A stretch of DNA of 64,000 bases from Candidatus Latescibacterota bacterium (GCA_965219995.1 CBDCOX010000002.1:5152001-5216000); one strand, 5' to 3'; positions 1 through 12,096 are shown, numbered from the stretch's first letter. Program-made: numbers and translations. Notes: generated by a model from the letters alone, not told the origin.

Positions 1-1138
1 ACGCCGCTTCTCCGATCACCTCGTCCGCCAGCAGCGCGCGGTGGTGCTTCGCGTCGCCGAGCAGCACCTGGCCGTGCATCTGCCGCTTGAAGAAGAGGTG
101 CACGTAGCACTCCCAAGTGAACCCGATGCCGCCGTGGAACTGCACGGCGCGGCTCGCCGTCGTGACCGCCATGTCGCTGGCTGCTGCTTTCGCCATGCGC
201 GCATACCGCAGCGCCCGCTCCGGCTCGTGGTCCACCGTGCAGGCCGCGTGATACGTCAGCGACCTCGCGGCGTCGATGTCGATCATGCAGTTCACCAGCG
301 GGTGCTTGATCGCCTGGAAGAAGCCGAGCAGCCGGTCGAACTGCGTGCGCGTGCGCGCGTACTCCGCCGTCGTCTGCAGCAGCCACTCGCCCGAGCCCAC
401 CATGTCCGCGGACACGACGCAGAGCATGGCCGGCAGGGCCGCGGCGACGGCGGCATCCCCCTGTCCCGGCGCCGCAATCTCGACCGCGTCGACCGACTCG
501 AAGGACAGCGTCGCCTGGTCTCGCGTCAGGTCCACGATCGCATCGGATTCGATCGAGAGCCCCGGGGCGCCGGCGTCCACGACGTAGAGCCCCGTGCCCC
601 GTGTGTCCCGCGCACGCACGAGGAACCGTTCCGCCTTGCGCGCTTCCTGCACGAAGGCGGCCTCGCCGGAGAGCCGTCCGTCCTCGCACGTCACGTCCGT
701 GGCGCCATCGCCGAAGTCCCCGCGGCGGTCGTGGATCGCGACGCTCGTCGCCGCGCCCGCCGCGATGTCGCGCAGGGCCTGCTGGGCGGTCGTGGTCCCG
801 CAAGCGTTGAGCAGAAACGTCGCCTGGAACGTACTCAGGAGCGGTGCAGGGAAGCCCGCCCGGCCCACTTCCTCCGCGAGGGCGACCGCCGCGACCAGGG
901 GCATGCCGACGCCCCCTTCGCGCTCGGGCACGCACACCGCGGGCCAGCCGAGCTCGACGATCTGCGCCCAGTCTTCCCGGACCCAAGCCGCCTCGTTGGG
1001 CCGGTGCATGTCGTGGTCGTGAGCCACCAGCGCGTGCAGCTTGTCCGGGCTGTAGCGATCCTCGAAGAACCTGCGCGCCGAGTCGCGCAGCATCGCCTCG
1101 TCGGCGCCGAATCCGAAGTCTCCCGGTGCTTCCGCCAT
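1..1138 (-). CDS. Acyl-CoA dehydrogenase family protein (3' end outside window)
   Basis: Manual minus-strand translation from ATG at 1138 gives MAEAPGDFGFGADEAMLRDSARRF... and later RTQFDRLLGFFQAIKHPLVN (ACAD motif). Lies directly downstream of a second ACAD. Confidence 0.85.
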   Translation of the reverse strand, partial: MAEAPGDFGFGADEAMLRDSARRFFEDRYSPDKLHALVAHDHDMHRPNEAAWVREDWAQIVELGWPAVCVPEREGGVGMPLVAAVALAEEVGRAGFPAPLLSTFQATFLLNACGTTTAQQALRDIAAGAATSVAIHDRRGDFGDGATDVTCEDGRLSGEAAFVQEARKAERFLVRARDTRGTGLYVVDAGAPGLSIESDAIVDLTRDQATLSFESVDAVEIAAPGQGDAAVAAALPAMLCVVSADMVGSGEWLLQTTAEYARTRTQFDRLLGFFQAIKHPLVNCMIDIDAARSLTYHAACTVDHEPERALRYARMAKAAASDMAVTTASRAVQFHGGIGFTWECYVHLFFKRQMHGQVLLGDAKHHRALLADEVIGEAA

Positions 1139-1155
1139 TCCCGGCTCCAGGCCCG

Positions 1156-2391
<1,236 letters not shown>

Positions 2392-2553
2392 CGCGCACCG
2401 TGGGCTTCGGTCAAGGGCTGCAGCCTCATTGGATAGCAGAAGCGCTCCCCTCCGCAAATCGACCGCACCGGACGGGCGGCCGACATGCAAACGCGCAGCT
2501 GTAGGACTACGCTGCACCGGTTTCGGCGGCAGCGCGTGCGCAGGAGGCGGCTA

Positions 2554-3588
2554 ATGAACCGATGGTTGATCGTCACGGCCCTGGCCCTGCTGCCGTTCGG
2601 TATCGAGAACGCTCCGGCGTCCGCCGCCGAGTTCCCCCTGGAACTCGCCGCCGCCCTCCAACTCACTGCCGAGGAAGCGGAGCGTCTGGAAGCGCTTCTG
2701 GAGACCGACCCGGACCACGTGCAGACCCGGAGCAAGCTCGTCGTGCATTACCTCCAGCAAGCCATCCTCGATCCGGCTGTCCGGCGGACTCGCAACCAGC
2801 ACCTGCTCTGGCTGATCCGAAACGCCCCGCAGGCGGACGTGTTGAGTACGCCACACGCGCAGATCCAGCCCTTCCAGGACAGGGCGAGCTACGACGCCGG
2901 GAAGTCCGCGTGGCTCAGCTACATCGAGCGGGAGCCGAGCAACGTCACCTTCGTCTGCCACGCAGCGAACTTCTTCTCGCCCCTGGCGGATCTTGAACTC
3001 CACATGGAGACGTTGCTGAAGGCGCAGGCGCTCGATCCCGACAACTACCACTGGCCATTCGTGTTGGGTCAGCAGTACCTCCGGGACGCGATGTTCAACG
3101 AAGACCCGTCGACCGCGGTGCTGGCCCTCGAGCAGTTCGAACGGGCGTACGAGGTCGCCGCCAGCGACCACGAGCGGTCATTTCAACTGGTCTCACTCGC
3201 CAAGTCCGCATTCCTGGCCGAGCGACACGACGATGCGAGCGCCTACGCGACGGCCATGCTGGAGGACGCCCCCGGCGGCTGGGACCAAGGGAATCAGCTT
3301 CATCACGGGAACCTGATTCTCGGCAGAATCGCCCTGCTGGAGGACGACGTCGAGGCGGCGAAGCAGCACCTGCTCCAGGCGGGCAAGGTCTCCGGATCAC
3401 CCCAGTTGGGTTCTTTCGGTCCGAACATGCGCCTCGCGGCGGATCTGCTCGAGCGCGGCGAGCGCGAAGTCGTACTCGAGTACTTCAGGCTGTGCGCGAA
3501 CTTCTGGCCCCGCGACGAACTGAAGGACTGGACCGCGCTCGTCGAGGCCGGCAAGGCGCCAGACTTCGGGGCGAACCTGGTCTACTGA
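2554..3588 (+). CDS. Exported TPR-like helical-repeat hypothetical protein
   Basis: AGGAGG RBS, signal peptide MNRWLIVTALALL, TPR-like segments (KAQALDPDN, LGRIALLEDDVEAAKQHLLQA). Confidence 0.7.
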   Translation: MNRWLIVTALALLPFGIENAPASAAEFPLELAAALQLTAEEAERLEALLETDPDHVQTRSKLVVHYLQQAILDPAVRRTRNQHLLWLIRNAPQADVLSTPHAQIQPFQDRASYDAGKSAWLSYIEREPSNVTFVCHAANFFSPLADLELHMETLLKAQALDPDNYHWPFVLGQQYLRDAMFNEDPSTAVLALEQFERAYEVAASDHERSFQLVSLAKSAFLAERHDDASAYATAMLEDAPGGWDQGNQLHHGNLILGRIALLEDDVEAAKQHLLQAGKVSGSPQLGSFGPNMRLAADLLERGEREVVLEYFRLCANFWPRDELKDWTALVEAGKAPDFGANLVY

Positions 3589-4256
3589 AAAGGTCCCGAG
3601 AAGACGGCCCCGCCGAACCCGTCCACCGTCGCAAAGTCCCCCACCGGCTTGCGCGTGAGCCGGGTCAACTGCCTGACGGGCTTGCCGATCGGCACCATCG
3701 CGGCGAGCGCATGGCTCTCCGGAATGCCGAACAGCGCCTTCGCCTGCGGCTCCTGGGCGACCAGGAAGGTCGTCAGCACCCCGCCCAGCCCTTCGTTGCG
3801 GGCGGCGAGCAGGATGTTCCACACGAACGGGTAGATGGAGCCGCCGGGGACCACCCCGATGCGGGACAGGTGCTGGTCCATGGCGGCCACCACCGAGAGG
3901 TCGACCGTGACGAGCAGCAGCACGGGTGCGTGTACCAGGCCCTCGATGAAGCCGCGCGGAATCCTTGTCGCGTCGATGGCGGCCTGGTCGACATCGGCCG
4001 GCTCGACCGTGTTCCAGGGGTTGGCGCCGGCCCGGACCTCCGCCAGGTAGCGCTTGAACGTAGGTTCGATCAGGGGACCGAGCGCCGCGCGTTTCGCCGG
4101 GTCGCGCACCACGATGACGTGCCAGCCCTGCCGGTTGCCCCCGCTCGGCGCGAAGCGGGCATGATCCAGGATGCGGTGCAGCACCTGGTCGGGCACCGGC
4201 TCGCCGGTGAACTCCCTGGCCGCGAACGTGGTTCGCATGGCGTCGTACAGGTCCAT
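3582..4256 (-). CDS. Nitroreductase family protein
   Basis: ARFAPSGGNRQGW and NILLAARNEGLG motifs. Confidence 0.9.
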   Translation of the reverse strand: MDLYDAMRTTFAAREFTGEPVPDQVLHRILDHARFAPSGGNRQGWHVIVVRDPAKRAALGPLIEPTFKRYLAEVRAGANPWNTVEPADVDQAAIDATRIPRGFIEGLVHAPVLLLVTVDLSVVAAMDQHLSRIGVVPGGSIYPFVWNILLAARNEGLGGVLTTFLVAQEPQAKALFGIPESHALAAMVPIGKPVRQLTRLTRKPVGDFATVDGFGGAVFSGPFQ

Positions 4257-4311
4257 GTCAGGCCTCCTCCCGTCGATCTCGAGGCGCGATTCCGCCGCCG
4301 ATTCCGGAGCG

Positions 4312-5085
4312 CTATCGCCCCGTGTTCACCATCACCCGGTGCATCACCCGCGGATGCGGCTTGTCGCGCACGATGTAATGCTGGGTCTTCTCGTTGTCCC
4401 AGATCACCAGCGTCCCCGGACGCCAGGAGACGCGGAGCTGCAGCTCCGGCACCGCGGTCTGGCGGAACAGGTAGGCGAGCAGCGTGTCGCTCTCCTCCTC
4501 GCGCAGTTCGCGGATGCGTGTCGTGTAGAGCTGGTTGACGTAGAGCGACTTGACGCCGGTGTCCGGGTCCTCCATGACCACCGGATGCACGACGGGCTCC
4601 GCGTCGGGCTTGGCGCTGCCCCAACTGTTGAGCGCGGTCAGTGTCTCAAGGAACTCCCGGAGCGGCGGCGACAGCCGGCGGTAGGCGCCCTCCATGTCGG
4701 CGAACAGCGTGTCGCGGCCGTAAGGGGGCACGTCGATCGCCTGCAGGAACGTGTACCACTGGGTCTTCTCGCGGGGCGGGCCGTCGGTGTGCCAGCTATC
4801 TCCCACGTCGACGCCGGTCGGGTACTCGCTGCCCGTGATCCGCTTGACGCCCACGTGTCCCGGGACGTCGTCCCAGATCGGATGCGCCACGCGTTCCGCG
4901 GCACCGAACTCCTCGGCGAAGGCGAGCAGGTCGTCGGGCTGCACCGCGGCCTGGTCCCGCAGCACCAGGACCTTGTGCTGACGCAGGGCACGTTTCACCT
5001 CGCCCACGGCGCCGGCTTCCCGGCAGCGCAGGTCCACGCCGTCGACGCGCGCCCCGAGGGTTCCGTTCAGCGGTTGCAGGTCCAC
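4312..5085 (-). CDS. TauD/TfdA family Fe(II)/2-oxoglutarate dioxygenase
   Basis: WHTD (HxD), DTLFAD, HPVV and WDNEKTQH motifs. Confidence 0.9.
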   Translation of the reverse strand: MDLQPLNGTLGARVDGVDLRCREAGAVGEVKRALRQHKVLVLRDQAAVQPDDLLAFAEEFGAAERVAHPIWDDVPGHVGVKRITGSEYPTGVDVGDSWHTDGPPREKTQWYTFLQAIDVPPYGRDTLFADMEGAYRRLSPPLREFLETLTALNSWGSAKPDAEPVVHPVVMEDPDTGVKSLYVNQLYTTRIRELREEESDTLLAYLFRQTAVPELQLRVSWRPGTLVIWDNEKTQHYIVRDKPHPRVMHRVMVNTGR

Positions 5086-5095
5086 GGCCCTGGCG

Positions 5096-6220
5096 TCAGT
5101 CCGTTGGCTCGCCCCGCGGCACGTGCTGGAACTGCCGGTGGATCTCGACGATCCCGAAGGACGCCACCGCCGCCCAGGCCGCGAAGGCCGCAGCCACCCA
5201 GGTCGCCGGGAGCACCAGGAACGCGGCGAGCCAGCCCGCGGTGAAGAAACGGATGCGGCGCATCATCTTCGGCGCAGGGACCGATGGCGTATCGCCCTCC
5301 CGGCCCAGCGGAAATGCCCGCGGACGCAGGAACCAGCCATGCGCCAGGAGGATGCTCAGGAAGACGGGCCACGAGACGTCCTTCCTCGCGAATTCAGGCG
5401 CTTCGTCCAGCGGCGCGTCCGAGGCGTCCCTACCGAGCCGCGACTCGATCTCGCGCCACACGTACTGGGGCGTGGGGCGCTGACCGGCGCCGCTCATGTT
5501 GCTGTACTGCGGACGGCACCGCCACCGGTAGAGGATGCGGCCGCCGCGCCCGACCGCCAGCACGGCGGGCTGGAAGTAGCCCTTTGGGTGACTGGCCCAG
5601 GAACGCATCCGGAGGTGTCCGTAGTCTTCGTTGGCGAACAGGCTGAGCCAGCCCCGGTCCCGCAGGTCGTCCCGGATTTCGTGGTGGGGGTCGCCGACGC
5701 AGGGGAAGCCGATCTCCCAAGCCTCTTCCGCCTCCGTCGCGAGGCTCTGCGGCTCGCTGGTCATCCCGAAGACCTCGCCGCCGGCGGCGCGCACGGCGTC
5801 CAGGACACCGGACTTCACGTAGCTCCGCAACTCGGAGCGGCAGGGAGGTCACCATAACCCGCGGTAGTACAGCAGCAGGATGAAGTCGTGCCGTTCGAGC
5901 TGCTGGTCGAGCCATTCCCCGCGTATGCCGACCGGCGGATCGAGGTGGGCAGGGATCCCCGCGGCCCCGGCCGGGATACCGGTCACTTCAAAGCCGCCGC
6001 CAACCGCACTGACCCGCACCTGCTCGCGGATGCAGAGATCGCCGTCGCACAGCACGAGGCCCAGGTCCAGCGGCTCTCCCGCGTTCCCGGCGAGCGCCTC
6101 CTCCGGGTCGACGAGTCCGGTAATCCGAAACCGTGCGTCCTGTTGGGCATTGATCCAGGCCAACGCCGCCTCCGCGGCGGGCTGCAACCGCTCGGGGATT
6201 TCCTCCACAACGCTTGGCAT
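5096..6220 (-). CDS. Putative selenoprotein, AhpC/TSA (peroxiredoxin-like) thioredoxin fold with UPPC motif; in-frame UGA at 5849-5851
   Basis: ORFs 5849..6364 and 5096..5830 share a frame and read through as YYRGLW-UGA-PPCRSELRSY. A SECIS-like hairpin follows the UGA. GGGAGG RBS precedes ATG 6220. Confidence 0.8.
5822..5838 (-). promoter_or_regulatory. Putative bacterial SECIS hairpin
   Basis: Minus strand reads GCTCCG-AGTTG-CGGAGC. The loop begins 16 nt after the UGA and has G at loop position 2. Confidence 0.65.
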
Positions 6221-6315
6221 ACTGCCTCCCGGCCCGTGGCCGCATTGGACAGCAGAAGCCCGCCATTGTGCAATCGCCGCCGCCGGATCACCCGACAACG
6301 AGCAGGAGCGAACCC

Positions 6316-6780
6316 ATGGCCGACATGCATCCCGAAGCGCGGGAATTCCTCGAGGAGCGGACACGGCTGGGCGTCGTGACCACCCTGCGGAAGGACGGTT
6401 CCCCCTGCACCGTGCCGCTCTGGTACGACTGGGACGGCACGACCGTGCGGTTCTTCTCCGGGGCCACGTCCGCGAAGCTCGCGCGGCTCGAGAACGACTC
6501 GCGGATCACCCTGGTCGTCTCCAGCGAGATGGACGAGGAACTCTACCGGTGGGTGTCGTTCGAAGGGCGGGCGAGCGTGTCGCGGGAAGGCGTCAGGGAA
6601 CTGGCGGTGGCGCTGGCGGAGCGCTACGCGGAACGCCAGCCGGACAATCCCAGGGCCCGGGAACTGATCAGGACGCTCGAGGGCATGTCCGAGAAGTACG
6701 GGCGGACGGTTGCGTTCACGCCGGAGCGCGGACACTGCATGCTCGGCGACGACCGCGTCGTCGAGCTGTTCCAGGCCTGA
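6316..6780 (+). CDS. Pyridoxamine 5'-phosphate oxidase family (PPOX-class, F420/FMN split barrel) protein
   Basis: VVTTLRKDGSPCTVPLWY and KLARLENDSRITL motifs; AGGAG RBS. Confidence 0.85.
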   Translation: MADMHPEAREFLEERTRLGVVTTLRKDGSPCTVPLWYDWDGTTVRFFSGATSAKLARLENDSRITLVVSSEMDEELYRWVSFEGRASVSREGVRELAVALAERYAERQPDNPRARELIRTLEGMSEKYGRTVAFTPERGHCMLGDDRVVELFQA

Positions 6781-6801
6781 GACCGCGCGGCTTCCCGCCT
6801 C

Positions 6802-7284
6802 ATGCCGATCTCACGCAAGCTCGCGCTCGACGACGCCCAGGTCGAGGAAATCATGACCACGACCTGGAACTGCCGCATCGCCACGCTCGGCCCCGGCGAC
6901 CGCATCAACCTGACGCCGATGTGGTTCGCGTGGGCGGGCGGACGGGTCTACATCTACGGACGCGGCCAGAAGGTGGTGAACCTGCGCCGCAACCCCGCCT
7001 GCTCCATCGTCGTGGACCGCAACGAGCGCTTCCCGGAACTGCAGGCCGTCACGATGCAGGGCACGGCCACCGTGCTCGAGGATGCCGAGGCCGAGGCGGC
7101 GGACCCGCACCTGGCCGAGGCGCGCGTCCGGTTCGGGCGCAAGTACAACGGCGGGCACGGGCAGGCCGCCGTGGACGACCCGCCGCCCAACATGGCCTCC
7201 GCGCGCGGCAGGAACGCGCGCTGGATGGTGTTCGTGCCCGACCGGCAGGTGACCTGGGACAACTACAAGCTCAAAAGCCTTTGA
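6802..7284 (+). CDS. Pyridoxamine 5'-phosphate oxidase family (PPOX-class) protein
   Basis: IATLGPGDRINLTPMWF, QKVVNLRRNP and C-terminal TWDNYKL. Confidence 0.85.
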   Translation: MPISRKLALDDAQVEEIMTTTWNCRIATLGPGDRINLTPMWFAWAGGRVYIYGRGQKVVNLRRNPACSIVVDRNERFPELQAVTMQGTATVLEDAEAEAADPHLAEARVRFGRKYNGGHGQAAVDDPPPNMASARGRNARWMVFVPDRQVTWDNYKLKSL

Positions 7285-7321
7285 AAGCTAGAATGCTCAC
7301 CCCCGCATTCAGGGCAAAGCG

Positions 7322-7768
7322 ATGACCGCACCGGAGACCGCCCCGAAGTTCGAGTTCAACCCCGAGGTCGCCGACAGCTTCCTCGCCAACCGCAGGAAGT
7401 CCGGCGGGCTGCACGACTTCCTCGGGTTCACGACCGTCGATGTCGGCCCTGGCACCATGCAGGGGCGTTTCGAGGTGCGCGACGAGTTCCTCACCCCCTT
7501 CGGCAACATGCACGGCGGCGTGCTCTCGGCCTTCTGCGACCACCTGCTCGGGACCGTCTGCTACCCCGTCATGAAGGACGGCCAGTGGGCCGCCACCACG
7601 GAGTTCAAGATCAACCTGACGCGCCCCGTCACGAAGGGCGAGGTCGACGGCTACGCGACGATCGTCACCATGGGACGCACACAGGCGGTGGTGCGCATCG
7701 ACGTGCACAACGCCGGGCGTCTGTGCGCGATGGCACAGGGGACGGTCACCATCATGGACCCGAGATAG
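7322..7768 (+). CDS. PaaI family (hot-dog fold) thioesterase
   Basis: PFGNMHGGVLSAFCD and TTEFKINLTRPV motifs. Confidence 0.9.
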   Translation: MTAPETAPKFEFNPEVADSFLANRRKSGGLHDFLGFTTVDVGPGTMQGRFEVRDEFLTPFGNMHGGVLSAFCDHLLGTVCYPVMKDGQWAATTEFKINLTRPVTKGEVDGYATIVTMGRTQAVVRIDVHNAGRLCAMAQGTVTIMDPR

Positions 7769-7779
7769 GGCTACCCGCG

Positions 7780-8529
7780 GTGTCTCCGGAGGAGCGGTTC
7801 CGCTTCGACCTGCAGGGCTACGTCGTCGTTCCGGGCGTCCTGACCCGCGACGAGTGCGCGGAGCTCTCCGAGCTGGCCGACCGTGCCTGGCCGCGCGTGC
7901 CCGGGGACGGTCCGTACCGGCGCCTGGAGGCGTTTTCGCGCTGGGGCAAGCCGTTCCTCGACCTGATGGACCACCCGACCGTCCTGCCCTACCTGATCGA
8001 ACTCCTCGGATCGCGCCTGCGCGCCGACCACGACTACACGATCTTCACGCGGCAAGGCACGGATCCGCATCGCCTGCACGGCGGACCCCGCCGCTACGAG
8101 ACGGACCACTGGTACTACTACAGCGACGGCATCATGCGGAACGGCCTCACCGTCGCGACCTGGGCGCTCACGGACGTGGGTCCCGGCGACGGTGGCTTCG
8201 TCTGCATCCCGGGCAGCCACAAGACGAACTTCCTCCCCAACCTGCCGGACGACGTGCGCCGCCAGGAGCGCCTGCCCGACTACGTCCACCAGCCTCCGGT
8301 CCGGGCCGGAGACGTGCTGATCTTCACGGAGGCGCTGATCCACGGCGCCGCGCCGTGGCGGGCCGGGCACGAGCGCCGCGCGCTGCTCTACAAGTACAGC
8401 CCTCCGCACTCGACGTGGCGGAAGGAACCCTACGACATCGGCGCGTATCCCGAGGCCACCGAGCGGCAGCGGCGGCTCATGGCGCCGCCTTCGGTGGAGG
8501 ACCATCCCAAGGTGCTCGAAACCCCTTAA
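7780..8529 (+). CDS. Phytanoyl-CoA dioxygenase (PhyH) family protein
   Basis: FDLQGYVVVPGVL, GGFVCIPGSHK and AGDVLIFTEALIHG motifs; GTG start at 7780. Confidence 0.85.
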   Translation: MSPEERFRFDLQGYVVVPGVLTRDECAELSELADRAWPRVPGDGPYRRLEAFSRWGKPFLDLMDHPTVLPYLIELLGSRLRADHDYTIFTRQGTDPHRLHGGPRRYETDHWYYYSDGIMRNGLTVATWALTDVGPGDGGFVCIPGSHKTNFLPNLPDDVRRQERLPDYVHQPPVRAGDVLIFTEALIHGAAPWRAGHERRALLYKYSPPHSTWRKEPYDIGAYPEATERQRRLMAPPSVEDHPKVLETP

Positions 8530-8617
8530 GGGACGCTGTCCGTCCCGGCGCGAGTCGCGGTCGTCAATAACGATGTAGTGTGCGATAGTCAGGGCGCGAA
8601 CCAGCGAAGGGAATACG

Positions 8618-10703
8618 ATGAGCGAGAAAGCACCACTGTTCACGCGCTTGGGCGCCGCTGTCGTCGCGACGATGCTGGCCACTTCCGGGACCGCCGGCGA
8701 AGCGGGTGAGGCAGGCGACGCAAGCGCGCAGGGAACCAGCGTGATCGAGGAGGTCATCGTCACCGCGAGAAAACGCTCGGAGAACGCCATGGACGTCCCC
8801 ATCGCGCTCACCGTCCTGGACGAGACCACGATGCGAGACAACAGCGCGAGGAGCATCTACGACGTGCTCGAGCTGGCTCCCGGAGTGAATCTCTCCGACG
8901 ACACCGCCGGGGGCGCCCAGCGGATCACGATCCGGGGAAACCTCCACCACGTCAGGGTCGCAGACGGTCGGCTACTACGTGGACGATGTGCCGTTCGTCG
9001 GCCTGGTGCTGCCCATCAATCCAGACGTGCGCGCCTTCGACATCGAGCGCATCGAAGTCCTGAGGGGTCCGCAGGGCACGATCTTCGGCGACGGTTCCAT
9101 GGGGGGAACCGTGCACATCGTGACACGCGACCCCGACCCGTCGGCCTTCGGGATGCACGTGGACGCCTTCTACGGGAGCTTTGGGGACGGCACTACCAAG
9201 GGCGCCCGCGGGATGATCAACGTTCCGCTGGTCGAAGACCAACTGGCGCTGCGCGTGGTCGGCTTCGACGAGGACCGCGGCGGCTGGCTCGACAACGAGA
9301 ACGAGGACGACGCCAACGACCGTGACGCCAGCGGTTACCGCGCCAAGCTGGCATTCACGCCCAACGACGCCATCAAGATCGTCGCTACCGCCTGGCTGAA
9401 CGAGCAACGCGGCTGGGACGCGGAAGACAGGGCGCTCGACGACGGCACGATACCTCCAGGGGGTGCATACGGCGAGACGGAGTATGACCGTTACACGCTG
9501 GCCGCGACCGTGAGCCTCGGCCCGGGCGAAGCCCTGTACGCCTATGGAACGACGGAATACGATCACCTGCTCACGATTCCCGCCTTCGCCGGCTTCGTCA
9601 TCTTCGCGAACATCGGTGCAGAGATAGACACCCATGAGCTGCGTTACTCCGGGACGGCAGACCGCTTCACCTACACCGCCGGCATTTATTCGAGAGACGC
9701 GGAGGTTCCTTTCGGCCTGAAGTTCGTTGCCGGAGGCATTCCGATCGTCGATACGGTGACCCTCCAGAACAACGAAGTCCGCGCCGTTTTCGGCGAAGTC
9801 GAATACAGCCTGTCGGACGAGTGGGCCGCCGCCCTGGGGTTGCGCTTTTCCCAGGAGGACCTCCACAACTTCGATACCCAGACGCTGATCGAAGCGGAAA
9901 TCGACGCCGACTACGTGCTGCCGCGTTTCAGCCTCAGCTACCAGCCCGATGACTCCGCCATGTTCTACGGCAGCGTGGCGAAAGGAGCCCGCAGCGCCGT
10001 GCCGAACTTCACCGACGCGATTTTCCTGATCGACACCCTCGGGCTCCCGGTTCCCTACGAGCTGGTTCTGGATGCCGATTCGATCCTGACCTACGAGCTG
10101 GGTGTCAAGGCGGCCCTTGCGGAAGGCCGCTGGACCGTTGAAGCCGCCGTCTACTACAGCGACTGGGAGGACCTGTCGACAACGGTGCCCGTCGTTGGAC
10201 TGGGAGGGCTGGTACTGCAGGTCAACACCGACGGCGCGGACATCCGGGGACTCGATCTCGCAACGACCTATGTCGCAGGCAACCTGACCCTGCATGCCGG
10301 AATGAGCTGGGTGGACAGCGAACAGAAGGCGGATGTCCCGAACACCGACCTGATGGAAGGCGATACCCTGCCCGAGGTCGCCGAGTTCATGGCCAACGCG
10401 CACGCACACTACGGCTGGCCGCTTGCGGGCTCCTTCGAGGGCTTCAACGGCATGGCGCGGCTGGGCATTCGACATGCCGGAGAGCGGGAGGACCTCACCA
10501 ACCTCGCAAACATGCCAGGCGATGCAATGACGATGGTCGACGCGCGGTTCGGCATCGAGAGCGACCGCCTGGGCGTCTACCTCTTCGGCACCAACCTCAC
10601 GGATGAAGACGGCGCCCTGAAAGCCAGGGGAGTGGCCTCGGGCTTCGCAGCCACGCGGCCGGTCCCACGGACGTTCGGCATCGAGGTGAGTGTCCGCTAC
10701 TAG
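8618..10703 (+). CDS. TonB-dependent receptor (+1 frameshift near 8938, probably a sequencing error)
   Basis: Signal peptide and IEEVIVTARKR plug start in ORF 8618. After an extra A in GGGGAAAC the protein continues in the 8979 frame (TVGYYVDDVP...DIERIEVLRGPQGT...PRTFGIEVSVRY). Confidence 0.85.
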
Positions 10704-10719
10704 GAGCCTCCGCAGTCGC

Positions 10720-12096
10720 ATGACGACAAGGATCGACAGTTCAAGACTCAAGGTCCTGAAACAGCGTGAGGAGGCGCGCTACCTCGCGGAACGCCCGAAA
10801 TCGGTGGCACTGTACGAGAGGGCGAAGGGCTCCCTGTTCGCCGGTGTGCCCCACTCCTGGATGAACGACTTCATGGGCCGTCTTCCCCTCTTCATAGAGG
10901 AAGGCCGGGGAGCCTACGTGACCGACGCCGACGGTCATCGCTACCTGGACCTCCTTGGAGCCGACCACGGAGCGATATTCGGGCACTCGCCGCAAGCCGT
11001 CGCCGATGCCGTAGCCGATCGCGTGCAGCGAGGCGTCATGTTCACGCTTCCCTCGTCGGACGCCATCTGGGTCGGGGAGGAACTGGCGCGCCGCTTCGGT
11101 CTGCCGTACTGGCAGATCCACATGACGGCCAGCGATTCGAACAGGACCGCGATCAAGATCGCCCGCGAGATCACCCAGCGGAACCTGATCCTTTGCTTCA
11201 ATGGTTCCTATCACGGCACCGTGGACGAAACGCTGGTCACCGTCGTGGACGGCCGGATGATCACCGATCCCTATGGCGGCGCCTCGTATGGCATCGGGGC
11301 GTTACCTGACCCTGAGTCCAGGACGCGCGTAGTCGAGTTCAATGACCTCGATGCGTTGGAGAAGGCACTGTCCCCCGAGGACGTTGCCTGCGTGCTGACC
11401 GAGCCGGCGATAGCGCAGATGTCCGTTTACCCGCCGGATCCAGGCTTTCATGAGGGACTGCGGGAACTGACCCGCCGCTTCGGCACGCTGCTCCTCATCG
11501 ACGAGACCCACAACATCGTTGCCGGCGCGGGAGGGTTCACGCGTCTCTGGAACCTCGAGCCGGACATCTTCGTCTTGGGGAAAGGGATTGCGAGTGGCAT
11601 CCCCGCCTCCGTCATGGGTCTCAGCCAGGAGGTGGCCGACAGGGCGCTGCCCCTCTTCGAGAAGAACTTCGTACAGGGCATCGGGACCACGTTGTCCGGC
11701 AATGCGCTGGCGGTCGCCGCACTGAGAGCGACCCTGGAGCATGTCATGACGGACTCGGCTTACGAGCGGATGACGTCCGGCGCGGAGCGGATGGCCGCTG
11801 GCATGGACAGGGTGATCAAGGCCGCCGGCCTGCCATGGCGCGTGGACTGTCTCGGCTGCAGGGTGGTGCTCCGCTTCTCCCAGGCGGTGCCCAGGAACTT
11901 CGCCGAACAGCGGGTGGAAGGGAGGGGGCTCCAGGGACTGGCCGAAACGGGCATGTACTTCCATGCGTTCTATGCCAATCGAGGCATCCTTGTTCCGCCG
12001 GGCTTCTTCGCGTTGATCTCGCCCGAAGTCACGGAGGACGATATCGACTTCCACAACCAGGTGTTCGGTGAGTGCGTAAACGACCTGGTTGGCTAA
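10720..12096 (+). CDS. Class III aminotransferase (glutamate-1-semialdehyde aminomutase-like)
   Basis: GAYVTDADGHRYLD, FNGSYHG, LLLIDETH and PDIFVLGKGIASG (PLP lysine) motifs. Confidence 0.88.
   Translation: MTTRIDSSRLKVLKQREEARYLAERPKSVALYERAKGSLFAGVPHSWMNDFMGRLPLFIEEGRGAYVTDADGHRYLDLLGADHGAIFGHSPQAVADAVADRVQRGVMFTLPSSDAIWVGEELARRFGLPYWQIHMTASDSNRTAIKIAREITQRNLILCFNGSYHGTVDETLVTVVDGRMITDPYGGASYGIGALPDPESRTRVVEFNDLDALEKALSPEDVACVLTEPAIAQMSVYPPDPGFHEGLRELTRRFGTLLLIDETHNIVAGAGGFTRLWNLEPDIFVLGKGIASGIPASVMGLSQEVADRALPLFEKNFVQGIGTTLSGNALAVAALRATLEHVMTDSAYERMTSGAERMAAGMDRVIKAAGLPWRVDCLGCRVVLRFSQAVPRNFAEQRVEGRGLQGLAETGMYFHAFYANRGILVPPGFFALISPEVTEDDIDFHNQVFGECVNDLVG

Noticed and set aside
8930-8945. 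Frameshift in the TonB receptor as programmed frameshifting or pseudogenisation
   Set aside because: A single extra base in a homopolymer with both halves intact, the same pattern as at ~12265, ~33537 and ~34320. Most likely a long-read error.
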